DNA from: Podarcis muralis
Taxonomy: Eukaryota
Length of the DNA: 64,000 nt
Direction: 5' to 3'
Assembly (NCBI RefSeq): GCF_964188315.1
Contig: NC_135660.1
Location: forward strand, 98,766,001-98,830,000
The notes below the pieces were generated by a model that had not been told where the DNA came from, searched no databases, and was given only the letters and a program-made list of their open reading frames with translations. The position numbers and the translations under genes are program-made. Of this stretch, positions 52,570 through 63,252 are shown one piece after another. How positions within the stretch are numbered: the stretch's first letter is position 1; each line of letters starts with the position of its first letter.

Positions 52570-52720
52570 ACATGGAGAGGAAACATGCTTTACATGCAGA
52601 AAGGCCCAGGTTCAGTTCTTGGCATCTCCCGTTCAAGAGATCTCTCGGGCAGCAGGGCTGAGAAAGTTCTCTAGCCTGACACACCAGAGGCTGCTGGCAT
52701 TTGAAGCAGGATCTGTACGT
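52570..52720 (+). mobile_element. Degenerate tRNA-derived SINE
   Basis: CATGCTTTACATGCAGAAAGGCCCAGGTTCAGTTCTTGGCATCTCC looks like a decayed tRNA-Ala-type head. A related minus-strand copy lies at ~40190-40275. Confidence 0.4.
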
Positions 52721-52944
52721 CTGCTTATATAGTCACTGAGTTTTGGTGCATTAGTATACACAATGGGCTCTTGCAGGATTACTGAGGTGCTACTTCTATC
52801 TGTCAGAAAGCGTCAATCACTGTGGGCAAAGAATGAGTACAAGGCATGGACTGAAGGAAGCTAGCCACACACATATTCCATTAACAGAAGGGGCAGTCCA
52901 GGTCAATTAGTTAACAGAGTAAAGAGAAAACCTCTTAAATGGCA

Positions 52945-53022
<78 letters not shown>
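52945..53022. repeat. (TG)n(TA)n(GA)n compound microsatellite
   Basis: Read directly from the sequence. Confidence 0.95.
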
Positions 53023-53024
<2 letters not shown>

Positions 53025-53493
53025 AAGACAAAGAGCGGCTGATATATTTTGTGGTGGCACTGTGACACATCTGAAATAGGATCTCACTACTGGATGGTTT
53101 ATTTAATTAAGAATTCCTAAGTAAATATTTCTGAGCATACATAAGTGGCCGAGCATTGGCAGAAGCTTCTCTGGCTCTAGATTTCATCTGCATATGTTTT
53201 TGTGCTTTCAATTTTGTTTTCCACTTCAGGCTTCAAGAAATCATTGTTGGCACATGCAATGATGAAATGGAAATCCAATAAGCTTGCTCCATATTGCACT
53301 GTGGTGGGGCGATCCTACTTGTGGCTCTGACTCTGAGCCGAATCTCCAGGCTCATGTGTCTTCTGCAGTGAACATCATTTCTGAGATTCATTAGAAGAAT
53401 TTTTTTTTCTTGGGGGTATTTACATGAGATGTAAACTAAAACGTTTTCACTTCAGAAGCAATGGAAATGTAATGCCCATTCACACAACCAGCA

Positions 53494-55598
53494 GAAGCAG
53501 AAGTAGATGTCTTTCTGGAACTCTCTAGCTTTCTCCATAATCCAGCGCATGTTTGCAATTTGGTCTCTGGTTCCTCTGCCCCTTCGAAATCCAGCTTGCA
53601 CTTCTGGGAGTTCTCGATCCACATACTGCTTGAGCCTTCCTTGTAGAATTTTAAGCATAACCTTGCTAGCGTGTGAAATGAGTGCAATTGTGCGGTAGTT
53701 GGAGCATTCTTTGGCACTGCCCTTCTTTGGGACTGGGATGTAGACTGATCTTCTCCAATCCTCTGGCCACTGCTGAGTTTTCCAAACTTGCTGGCATATT
53801 GAGTGTAGCACCTTAACAGCATCATCTTTTAAAATTTTAAATAGTTCAGCTGGAATATCACCGCTTCCACTGGCCTTGTTATTAGCAGTGCTTTCTAAGG
53901 CCCATTTGACTTCACTTTCCAGGATGTCTGGCTCAAGGTCAGCAACCACACTACCTGGGGTATACGAGACATCCAATTCTTTCTGGTATAATTCCTCTGT
54001 GTATTCTTGCCACCTCTTCTTGATGTCTTCTGCTTCTGTTAGGTCCTTACCATTTTTGTCCTTTACTATGGTAATCTTTGTACGAAATGTTCCTTTCATA
54101 TCTCCAATTTTCTTCAACAGATCTCTGGTTCTTCCCATTCTATTGTTTTCCTCTATTTCTTTGCATTGCTCGTTTAAGAAGGCCTTCTTGTTTCTCCTTC
54201 CTATTTTTTGGAAATCTGCATTCAATTTCCTGTATCTTTCACTATCTCCCTCGCATTTTGCTTGCTTTCTTTCCCCCGCTATTTGTAAGGCCTCATTGGA
54301 CAGCCACTTTGCTTTCTTGCACTTCCTTTTCATTGGGATGGTTTTTGTTGCTGCCTCCTGTATAATGTTGCGAGTCTCCATTGATAGTTCTTCAGGCACT
54401 CTGTCCACCAAATCTAAATCCTTAAACCTGTTCCTCACTTCCACTGTGTATTCATAAGGGATTTGATTTAAATTGTATCTTACCGGCCCAGTGGTTTTTT
54501 CTACTTTCTTCAGTTTAAGCTTGAATTTTGCTATAAGAAGCTGATGATCTGAGCCACAGTCAGCTCCAGGTTTTGTTTTTGTATAGAGCTTCTCCATCTT
54601 TGGCTGAAGATAATATAATCAATCTGATTTCGATGCTGCCCATCTGGTGATATCCATGTGTAGAGTCACCTCTTGTGTTGTTGGAAAAGAGTGTTTGTGA
54701 TGACCAGTTTGTTCTCTTGGCAGAACTCTATTAGCCTTTGCCCTGCTTCATTTTGAACTCCAAGGCCAAACTTGCCAGTTGTTCCTTTTATCTCTTGATT
54801 CCCTACTTTAGCAATCCAATCCCCTATTATGAGCAGAACATCCTTCTTTGGTGTCATTTCTAGAAGGTGTTGTAAGTCTTCATAGAATTGGTCAATTTCA
54901 GTTTCTTCAGCACCAGTAGTTGGTGCATAAACTTGGATTACTGTGATGTTAAAAGGTCTGCCTTGGATTCATATTGAGATCATTCTATCATTTTTGAGAT
55001 TGCATCCCAGTACAGCTTTCACCACTCTTTTGCTGACTATGAGGGCCACTCCATTTCTTTTGCGGGTTTCTTGCCCACAGTAGTAGATATGATGGTCATC
55101 CAAACTGAATTCGCCCATTCCTGTCCATTTTAGTTCACTGATGCCCAGGATGTCAATATTTATTCTTGCCATCTCATTTTTGACCACATCCAACTTACCC
55201 AGGTTCATGGTTCTTACATTCCAGGTTCCTATGCAATATTTTTCTTTACAGCATTGGACTTTCCTTTTGCTTCCAGGCATATCCGCAACTGAGCGTCCTT
55301 TTGGCTTTGGCTCAGCCGCTTCATCAGCTCTGGATCTACTTGTACTTGTCCTCCGCTCTTCCCCAGTGGACGCCTTCCGACCTGAGGGGCTCATCTTCCA
55401 GCGTCATAACTTTTATATGCCTGTTGTCTTTGTCCATGGAGTTTTTTTGGCAGGGATACTGGAGTGGCTTACTGGTTCCTGCTCCAGGTGGATCACATTT
55501 GGTCAAAACTCTCCACTCTGACCTGTCCATCTTGGGTGGCCCTGCATGGCCACCTCATAGCTTCTCTGAGTTATTCAAGCCCCTTCGCCACGACAAGC
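53494..55598 (-). mobile_element. BovB/RTE LINE 5' half (5' UTR, APE endonuclease, start of RT), frameshifted
   Basis: IGTWNVRTM...ILGISELKW (APE N-terminus), GDWIAKVG, GADCGSDHQLL and SNYRTIALISHASKVMLKIL across several frames. Ends abruptly at KDIYFCF. Confidence 0.95.
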
Positions 55599-56556
55599 AT
55601 AGGAGCCTACATAACACAAAACACTGTTGCTGTATGTAGGTTTTATTTCATTTGTTTTTTATCTTATATTTTGGAAATGTATATCCAGTTGTTGTTTTTT
55701 CTTTAAAAAAATTTTGGGGCCCCAAGAGAGTGAGGCCCTAAGCTATAGCTTGTTTAGCTTATATGTAAATCCGGCACTGCCTGCACCCACCCATATCCAC
55801 CATGTGCTTTCTGGTGAGAGCCTTGGTTGACACCACCAACAGATCCCTTTGACATCCACAATTTCTCATTGTCTGAAGAGGTATTTCTGTCATCATTATT
55901 GTCCTATAGAGAACCTTCAAAGTGCGCCAGGGCCTGCCTGCATACATTCCTCAGGGATTATGTTCCCCTGCATAATCCGGCTAGTTCTGAATACGTATAA
56001 ATGCTTCCACAAACTTCACCCGCTGATTCACTTTGGGAAAACCAAAATACCAGTAGTCTAACAGTTTAAATTACAAGAATTTGATGACTCATAACAACAA
56101 TATACTGTATATTATGTGTTTAATCAAAAGTTCCAAGAGCTTGCCAACCAACTAATCACTATTGCAATCCTTATCCAAAACATTAGAAGGCAGGAGCAGG
56201 CTTATTTCTTACTGAATTTGGCAATTGTTTGATGAATCCTTGTATTTATCGTATGTTATTTGTCTTCAAATGATACAGATCTCTGTGTGAGAAATGGTAG
56301 AATGCCTCTTTTAAAATCCTGCTTTAAAATCTGGCTCCCCATTAATTGGGAACACCTCTTTAGTTGAATAATCTAACCAATTAATTGATTAAATGTTGCA
56401 GCATAGTGTGTGTGTGTATATATAATCAAGAAAGACCCAAAAGCTCACTATAACAGGCTTTGGGGACTGAACATGGATAGGCTGGTGAACACGCTGCTCA
56501 GGCCTCACACAGGACTCAACTAGATTGGTAAAGGAAAAGCAATTTATAGGTGTTGT

Positions 56557-57695
56557 ATCAGTCTACATCCCAATCCCAAATAAGGGCAGTGCCAAAGAAT
56601 GCTCCAACTACCGCACAATTGCACTCATTTCACACGCTAGCAAGGTTATGCTTAAAATTCTACAAGGAAGGCTCAAGCAGTATGTGGACCGAGAACTCCC
56701 AAAAGTGCAAGCTGAATTTAGAAGAGGCAGAGGAACCAGAGACCAATTTGCAATCATGCGCTGGATTATGGAGAAAGCTAGAGAGTTCCAGAAAGACATC
56801 TACTTTTGCTTCATTGACTATGCAAAAGCCTTTGACTGTGTCGACCACAGCAAACTATGGCAAGTTCTTAAAGAAATGGGAGTGCCTGATCACCTCATCT
56901 GTCTCCTGAGAAATCTCTATGTGGGACAAGAAGCTACAGTTAGAACTGGATGTGGAACAACTGAGGAATTAAAGAACCTTTTAATGATGGTGAAAGAGGA
57001 GAGTGCAAAATATGGTCTGAAGCTCAACATCAAAAAAACGAAGATCATGGCCACTGGGCCCATCACCTCCTGGCAAATAGAAGGGGAAGAAATGGAGGCA
57101 GTGAGAGATTTTACTTTCTTGGGCCCCATAATCACTGCAGATGGTGACAGCAGTCACAAAATTAAAAGACCCCTGTTTCTTGGGAGAAAAGCAATGACAA
57201 ACCTAGACAGCATCTTAAAAAGCAGAGACATCACCTTGCCAACAAAGGTTTGTATAGTTAAAGCCATGGTTTTCCCAGTAGTGATGTGTGGAAGTGAGAG
57301 CTGGACCATAAAGAAGGCTGATCGCTGAAGAATTGATGCTTTTGAATTATGGTGCTGGAGGAGACTCTTGAGAGTCCCATGGACTGCAAGAAGATCAAAC
57401 CTATCCATTCTTAAGGAAATCAGCCCTGAGTGCTCACTGGAAGGACAGATCCTGAAGCTAAGGCTCCAATACTTTGGCCACCTCATGAGAAGACTCCCTG
57501 GAAAAGACCCTGATGTTGGGAAAGATGGAGGGCATAAGGAGAAGGGGACGACAGAGGACGAGATGGGTGGACAGTGTTCTCGAAGCTACCAGCATGAGTT
57601 TGACCAAACTGCATGAGACAGTGGAAGACAGGAGTGCCTGGCGTGCTCTGGTCCAGGGGGTCACAAAGAGTCAGACACAACTAAACGACAACAAC
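56557..57695 (+). mobile_element. BovB/RTE LINE 3' half with an internal deletion of the RT core
   Basis: ORF 56525-57328 has YRTIALISHASK...DYAKAFD...LRNLY and then jumps to EELKNLL...GLKLN; no QG/YADD region. 3' end ...GAGTCAGACACAACTAAACGACAACAAC. Confidence 0.95.
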
Positions 57696-57794
57696 ATAAG
57701 CAATGTAACATTTGGCCACCAGATGGTGCTGTGGAGTCCTGTTTTTCTCTACCTATTTTCCCTACTTAAATTTACAACGCGTTTAATTGAAATG

Positions 57795-58002
57795 CAGTGG
57801 TACCTTGAGTTACAAACGCTTCAGATTATAAACTCCACTAACCTGGAAGAGTTACCTTGAGTTGAGAATTTTGCCCCAGGATGAGAATGGAAATTGTGTG
57901 CTGGTGGTGCAGTGGCAGTAAGAGGCCCCATTAGTGAAAGGATGCCTCTAGTTAAGAATGGACCTCCGGAACAAATTAAGTTCTTAACTAGAGGTACCAC
58001 TG
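57795..58002. mobile_element. Tigger-type MITE
   Basis: Perfect 11-bp TIR CAGTGGTACCT / AGGTACCACTG; flanks are TG/TG (decayed TA). Confidence 0.72.
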
Positions 58003-59289
58003 TGCTTCTTTGATGTGTCTAGCCTTTGCCTCATTTAATAGAGCAGAAGCTTCTGCCCACAGTATTTAGGCAGTTAAAATAATTTAAATTGTAAAATGAA
58101 ATGAAAAATCTGGTGCCTTGTTGGGCCCAGGGACAGGCCCCTCTGGCTCAGGGGATAGCAGGAGTCCAGAGCTAAGGGGCAGATGTTTTGAGGCAGTTTT
58201 TATCCACAGCCCAATGAGCACCTGAGAAAGTATTCTGCAGAAAACTTAATTCAGTATACTCTTAATTAGATAATCTTGCTCAACGCTGATCATCTGGAGC
58301 CTTGCTGCTGAATCTGCAAGGGCTGAGCCTGCCATCTAGCATGGCGGTTTTGTCAGAAGTCAACAGGTTCACCCACCTGATGCTAGTTTGCAAGACTTGA
58401 AGCCATAAAGACGTTCTCTTGGGGAAGGAAGTCATAGGCCTTTGTCCCTGTGTGCACCCAAAAGAATCCTTCCAGTATGAAACTGACCTTGCAGTTGGTT
58501 TCAGAATGTGTTCACCCACAAAAATCTCCAGAAGTCAACATTGCACGTTACACATTGAAGAATGCTGTTCATAGCTTTGAAGGGGCATAGTTTTTAAAGC
58601 AATTTTGGAATTGGGGAATGTGCAATTTGTCCCACAAGAATGGGGCTGTGGTACATAGGGTCTATTATGCTGGCCCATGGAATTTGCTGTCTGGTGTGAC
58701 TTATATTCGCGGCAAAGCTGTAGTAGCAGGCCCATGCAGGAGCACAATGCAGTGGGGAAGGGTGGGAAATTCTTAATTCATGTGAGCTATCCTCTAAGAG
58801 ATGGTTCTTAGCATCCATTTTAAAAAGTGCAGGAAGCCACTTTTCTTTAAAAAGTCATTATTTTAATCACTAAACTTGAAAATAATCTCACTTGAAATAA
58901 TCTGGGTCCCCCCCCCCCAATTATCGGTCCAGAAGACGATGTAGTACACAAGCAGGGATGCCAACAGGATGTCCTGGGCCTGGCATCGCCTACAGCGACC
59001 TATGGGCAATAACTTCTGCTTATATTAACTTGACTTAGTCCACCTCACAGGGTTGTTGGAAAGATAAAGGGGGGAAGCAGGGATAACCTTGAGCTCCTGG
59101 GTATAAAAACAAGATACAAATTTATAATGTCACCCACTGATCATGCAAAGAAAGCCAGAAAAGTCACTCACTGCTTTAACGCCAGTGTTTCCTAGTCCTG
59201 ATAATTACAGCAAAACACCAAAAAATAAAAGAAATGCCACCCCTTATAAATAGCATCAATTAAACATACTTGTTTTGACAGTGGAAGGG

Positions 59290-59451
59290 TCTCCCTTGGG
59301 AGGCTGTGGACTCTCCTTCATTGGAGGTCCTTAAGCAGAGGCTGGCTGGCCATCTGTCAGGGATGCTTTAGTTGGATTCCTGCATTGCAGAGAGTTGGAC
59401 TAGATGACCCTCAGGGTCCCTTCCAACTCTACAATTCTATTATTCTATGAT
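59290..59451 (+). mobile_element. CR1 LINE 3' terminus
   Basis: ...GGACTAGATGACCCTCAGGGTCCCTTCCAACTCTACAATTCTATTATTCTATGA, a typical CR1 3' end with an octamer-type tail. Confidence 0.88.
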
Positions 59452-60441
59452 GTAATTGTAGAGCTTCCCAGCTTTGGTTTCTGAACCACCAACCCTCAAC
59501 CTAGATGTTCTGAAAATTAAAAGGTGGGGGAAGGGGAAACAATCTACACAGCCTTGTGTTCCTTGGAGGAAGTTCAATATACAAATAATAAGCAACAAAT
59601 GTGTGCAGTTTCTCAACTCTCAGCAATGCAATACACAACACACACACACACACACATTTTGCTGACCTTGATAAACACACACAAAAAATCATTATATAGA
59701 CAAAAAAGGCCAAAGGAATGTTAACTTACTTCAGCTGTAAGGTGTTTAATTATTTTATGGCTGTATTTGTTGATTGGTGACTGTATATTAATAATAGCCC
59801 AGTGGTGGCAAGCAGACCAGTAGTGGTTATAAGGAAGATATGGGAAATCCAGGGTGGGGGGTGTCACAAATTTTTCTCAGTAGGAAATAAACCTCATCTA
59901 TTTTAAGTAACTTCTAAGTAGAACATACCACAGCCAGCCAATTGTGTTTTTATTCTGCAAGGCACTACATAGAATGAATGAAATAATGTGGGAACAAGGG
60001 AAGTGCTCAAATAAAAGTACCTCGATTTCATCATCTGTCCAGCATCAAGTTAGCAGCAACAAGGAGCTTCTGCTTTCTTTTCTGCTGCTCCCAGGTAGGA
60101 ATCATCAGCATTCTTTCCTCTAATTGCTTAGCAACAGCAATTAAGTGTCCTTAGCAATGGTGTTGCTTGTCAATTGCCAAAGCCTTAGAGTGTCTCCACA
60201 CTTTGTTTTATAACTTTCTTTAAAAATGTCTGACTTCCTTTTCTTTTTTAAAGACATGAAAGCTAAGAGTCTGGGGGCCCTGTTGACTTGCGGCCTGGTA
60301 CAGGTGTACCCCTTGTTCCCTTCCCCGTTGACAGCCCTGACCACAAGAAAAAGAGCAAGAAGATATAAGGGAAAATACAAATGACCAGGGCATTACATTA
60401 GAAATAAACACTCCAAAGAGATTTTAAAATAAAGTAGAACT

Positions 60442-60580
60442 GTTGGTGTATCTGAAGAGGTGTGCATGCACACGAAAGCTCATACCAACAACAAACTTAG
60501 TTGGTCTCTAAGGCGCTACTGGAAGGATTTTTTTTATTTTGTTTCGACTACGGCAGACCAACACAGCTACCTACCCGTAG
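60442..60580 (+). mobile_element. Short Penelope-like (pseudo-LTR-type) unit carrying a hammerhead motif
   Basis: Same sequence family as 25314-25526; TSD GTAGAACT at 60434-60441 and 60581-60588. Family assignment rests on recalled similarity to reptile Penelope repeats and the minimal hammerhead. Confidence 0.75.
60448..60485 (+). ncRNA. Minimal type I hammerhead ribozyme motif
   Basis: GUAU-CUGAAGA-G-GUGUG(CAUG)CACAC-GAAA-GC-UC^AUAC: stem I GUAU/AUAC, intact CUGANGA and GAAA boxes, palindromic helix III (AGCU), predicted cleavage after C60481. Activity is untested. Confidence 0.8.
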
Positions 60581-61623
60581 GTAGAACTACAGGTAATGTG
60601 AAGAAAACATGGGATTCTCCAGCCTGTGTTTGCCTTTTTCTGCAAATGACTGCTTTGTTCCCAGGAGAGAATCAAAAGGTGAAAGGGGAGTGATTCTTAA
60701 TTATTCCCCCACTTCATTGTTCTCCACACTCCATTCTGATTCAAACGGTGGAAGAGAACTTGGCGGTAGATGAGGGGGTAGGAAAGTAAGCCTAGTCGCG
60801 GTGGGGGGAGAAGAGTTGTGCACTCTGCCTTGTTTGCTGATTCTCCCCTGAAAATCCTTTCCCTGCATCGTTTTTTACCACCAAAACACACATATGCCAA
60901 GGCAGTGTTTAGTTCTACCCTAAATGTCTATTTCTGTCTCTCAAGACTTTAGAAAGCAATTTTATGTTCCTGGCAAGTACAAGAGAGGGTGCTTTTTTAA
61001 TATAAAAAAATGCACCAATGTTTTGATTAAAATTGTGAATGGATATCAGAGACCTGGGAGTGGGGGAATCCCTTCAATTGCCAGATAAAGCGCACAGGGA
61101 CCCAGCTGGCCATCCCTGATTTACATATTAGAGAGGGTGTGATCAGAGAACAAATCCTTTCATCACTTTGCTTGGGAAAAACAAATCAGAAAACTGTGGC
61201 TGTTGAGAACAGAATCCTTGGCCCCTAGGAGGCTTCCCCACCCAAGCCGGGCAGAAATGCAAAGATGCAGTGAATGGTTGGTGGACGCCCTGAGGCTCTG
61301 ACACCTGCTTACAATCCATGTGAGGGCATCCCAGTGTCTTCATGTTAAGCCCAATAGTCCTCTGCAGCAAGGCCCATTCCACATCCTGTTTCCCCCTCTT
61401 CCGGCACCTAGAATGAACCTCCGCATAAATGGGTGGCAGCAGTGTGTTATTTAAAGCAACTTTCCACCAGAATCTTGGGGAGAAGCATCTAAGGAAGAAA
61501 GCTAAGCTACAATCCTTTCCCTCTTCATCTATGTGTAGTTGTGCTTTTGTTTTCATTGCAGTTTTAATACAAAGGAGCAGTCAATATGTGATTCCACAGT
61601 CTGAAGTGGTACCGATTTAGTAT

Positions 61624-62040
61624 TGTTACAAAATTTGGGTGCCTCCCCCTCCCTCTGCCAAGCAGTGGCAGGAGCCCATGGGGTTCCTGGCACTCGCCCA
61701 GGGTCTGTGGTCCTTTGGAGAATTGAGACGCAGTGGAGACTGCCGTGGTTTTAAGAAATATACTTTATTCACCTGCATGGAGGGAGTCCAGACCTTACAG
61801 CATGGCCATTTCAAGAGGGGCTTGTACTTCACAGCAGTGCAGTCCTGGAGTCCAAGGCATCTCTGCAAGTCAGCCAGCCTTCCCAATGATGGATCCCAGC
61901 CTTTCTTCCTGCTTCTTCTTGCCAGCAACTCTTGCGAAACTCCTTTTTTCTGTCACTTCAAACACACACTCCATCACCTTGGTAACATCTGACTCCCCAG
62001 GCCAAAGCATTCCTCTTCGATGGCCCATCAACACTTTCAC
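61624..62040. mobile_element. Possible solo LTR
   Basis: Begins TGTTAC and has AATAAA on the minus strand at ~61765-61770. No TSD or terminal CA confirmed. Confidence 0.3.
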
Positions 62041-62046
62041 TGATCG

Positions 62047-63252
62047 GTGTTGCTCAGTCCCTGCTCCTGCCCACCTAGCAGTTCGAAAGCACGTCAAAGT
62101 GCAAGTAGATCAATAAAAGAACTCACACTGAAACTCACCTACAGGTGGTACCTAACACCAAGGAAACTAGCGCTAATACACCCAGGAACCTCACCAAAAT
62201 GCTGGAGAGGGTGCACCTCCACAGGCACATACTTCCACATGTGGTGGGAGTGTCCCAAAATCCAACTATTCTGGACAACAGCCATACAAGAAATTTGTAA
62301 AATAACTAAGCAAGTAATAGACACCACCCCAGAATTGGCCCTACTAAACATCTTCCAAGACAACAATGCCCATTTACACCACAAAGAACTCATAACCCAC
62401 CTGCTCTCAGCAGCCAGAAACACCATAACCAGACACTGGAGAGACCTGTCAGGAGTAAGCATGGACCAATGGTATCAAATAGTATGGGAAACAGCCCTAC
62501 TAGAAAAATTAACTAATAAACTGAAACTGACACGGGGACAAACAGAAGAAGATGCCTTCACCCCGGTATGGCTCCCCTTTATCACACACACAGCCCAACA
62601 GGACAATGACAATAATCCACCAACAGCATACAAATCAATATGGCTAACCTGATCCAAAACACCCACCCACCTCACTCACACACGAAAACAAAGATCACCA
62701 CAGCCAATCACAAGCAAACAATCACACCCTAGGCCAACCCCAACCTCTCTCACCACCAAAGGAACACAAGTGAACAACACAAGCACGCTGACACCAAACT
62801 CTACACACATTAAACATAATAGAAACACCGCCACCCAATCCCACCCATATCCATCTTCCCTCTCTCCACCCCCCTTTCTCTTTTCTCTCCTTTTTTTATT
62901 TTTATTTTTATTTTCTTCTCCCCCTAATGCCTCAACAAATGAAACGGATTTGTAAAAATGTTACATGGGGAAAAATATATATGAGGCACTACACTTCTGT
63001 AAAACAAGAAAATCCTTAATAAAATATTAAAAAAAAAAAAAAAATAGGTACTGCTCCGGCGGGAAGGGAAACTGCGTTTCCGTGCACTGCTCTGGTTCAC
63101 CAGAAGTGGCTTTAGTCATGCTGGCCACATGACCCAAAAAAACTGTCTGCGGACAAACGCCGGCTCCCTCAGCCAGTAAAGCGAGATGAGTGCAGCAACC
63201 CCAGAGTCATTCGCGACTGGACCTAAAACAGTCAGGGGTCCCTTTACCTTTA
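62047..63252 (+). mobile_element. Sauria SINE, subfamily A, 5'-truncated and split by an L1 insertion
   Basis: Left part 62047-62110 ends ...GTGCAAGTAGAT. Right part resumes ATAGGTAC at ~63044 and ends GGGGTCCCTTTACCTTTA. Confidence 0.88.
62111..63044 (+). mobile_element. L1-clade LINE 3' fragment (ORF2 C-terminus, 3' UTR, poly(A))
   Basis: Open frame to 62652 containing CWRGC-X7-H-X4-C, the CX3CX7HX4C motif of L1 ORF2. AATAAA then a ~16-nt poly(A) at 63029-63044. Confidence 0.88.

Noticed and set aside
60697-60900. ORF segment LLPPPRLGLLSYPLIYRQVLF loosely resembling the alternative WNT7B first exon (MLLLSPRSALVSVYCPQIF)
   Set aside because: There is no suitably placed ATG, no phase-2 consensus donor and no GSYL ending; the similarity is within chance. 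Exon 1 probably lies outside the window.
62047-62115. N-terminus of the 201-aa ORF as a SINE-L1 fusion protein
   Set aside because: The start is a non-ATG codon inside the SINE; frame continuity across the junction is fortuitous and there is no promoter evidence.
3021-63252. Recurrent near-identical sequences as a CRISPR-like or tandem array
   Set aside because: They are dispersed ~350-bp SINEs, each with its own TSD, in a vertebrate genome; there is no repeat-spacer periodicity.
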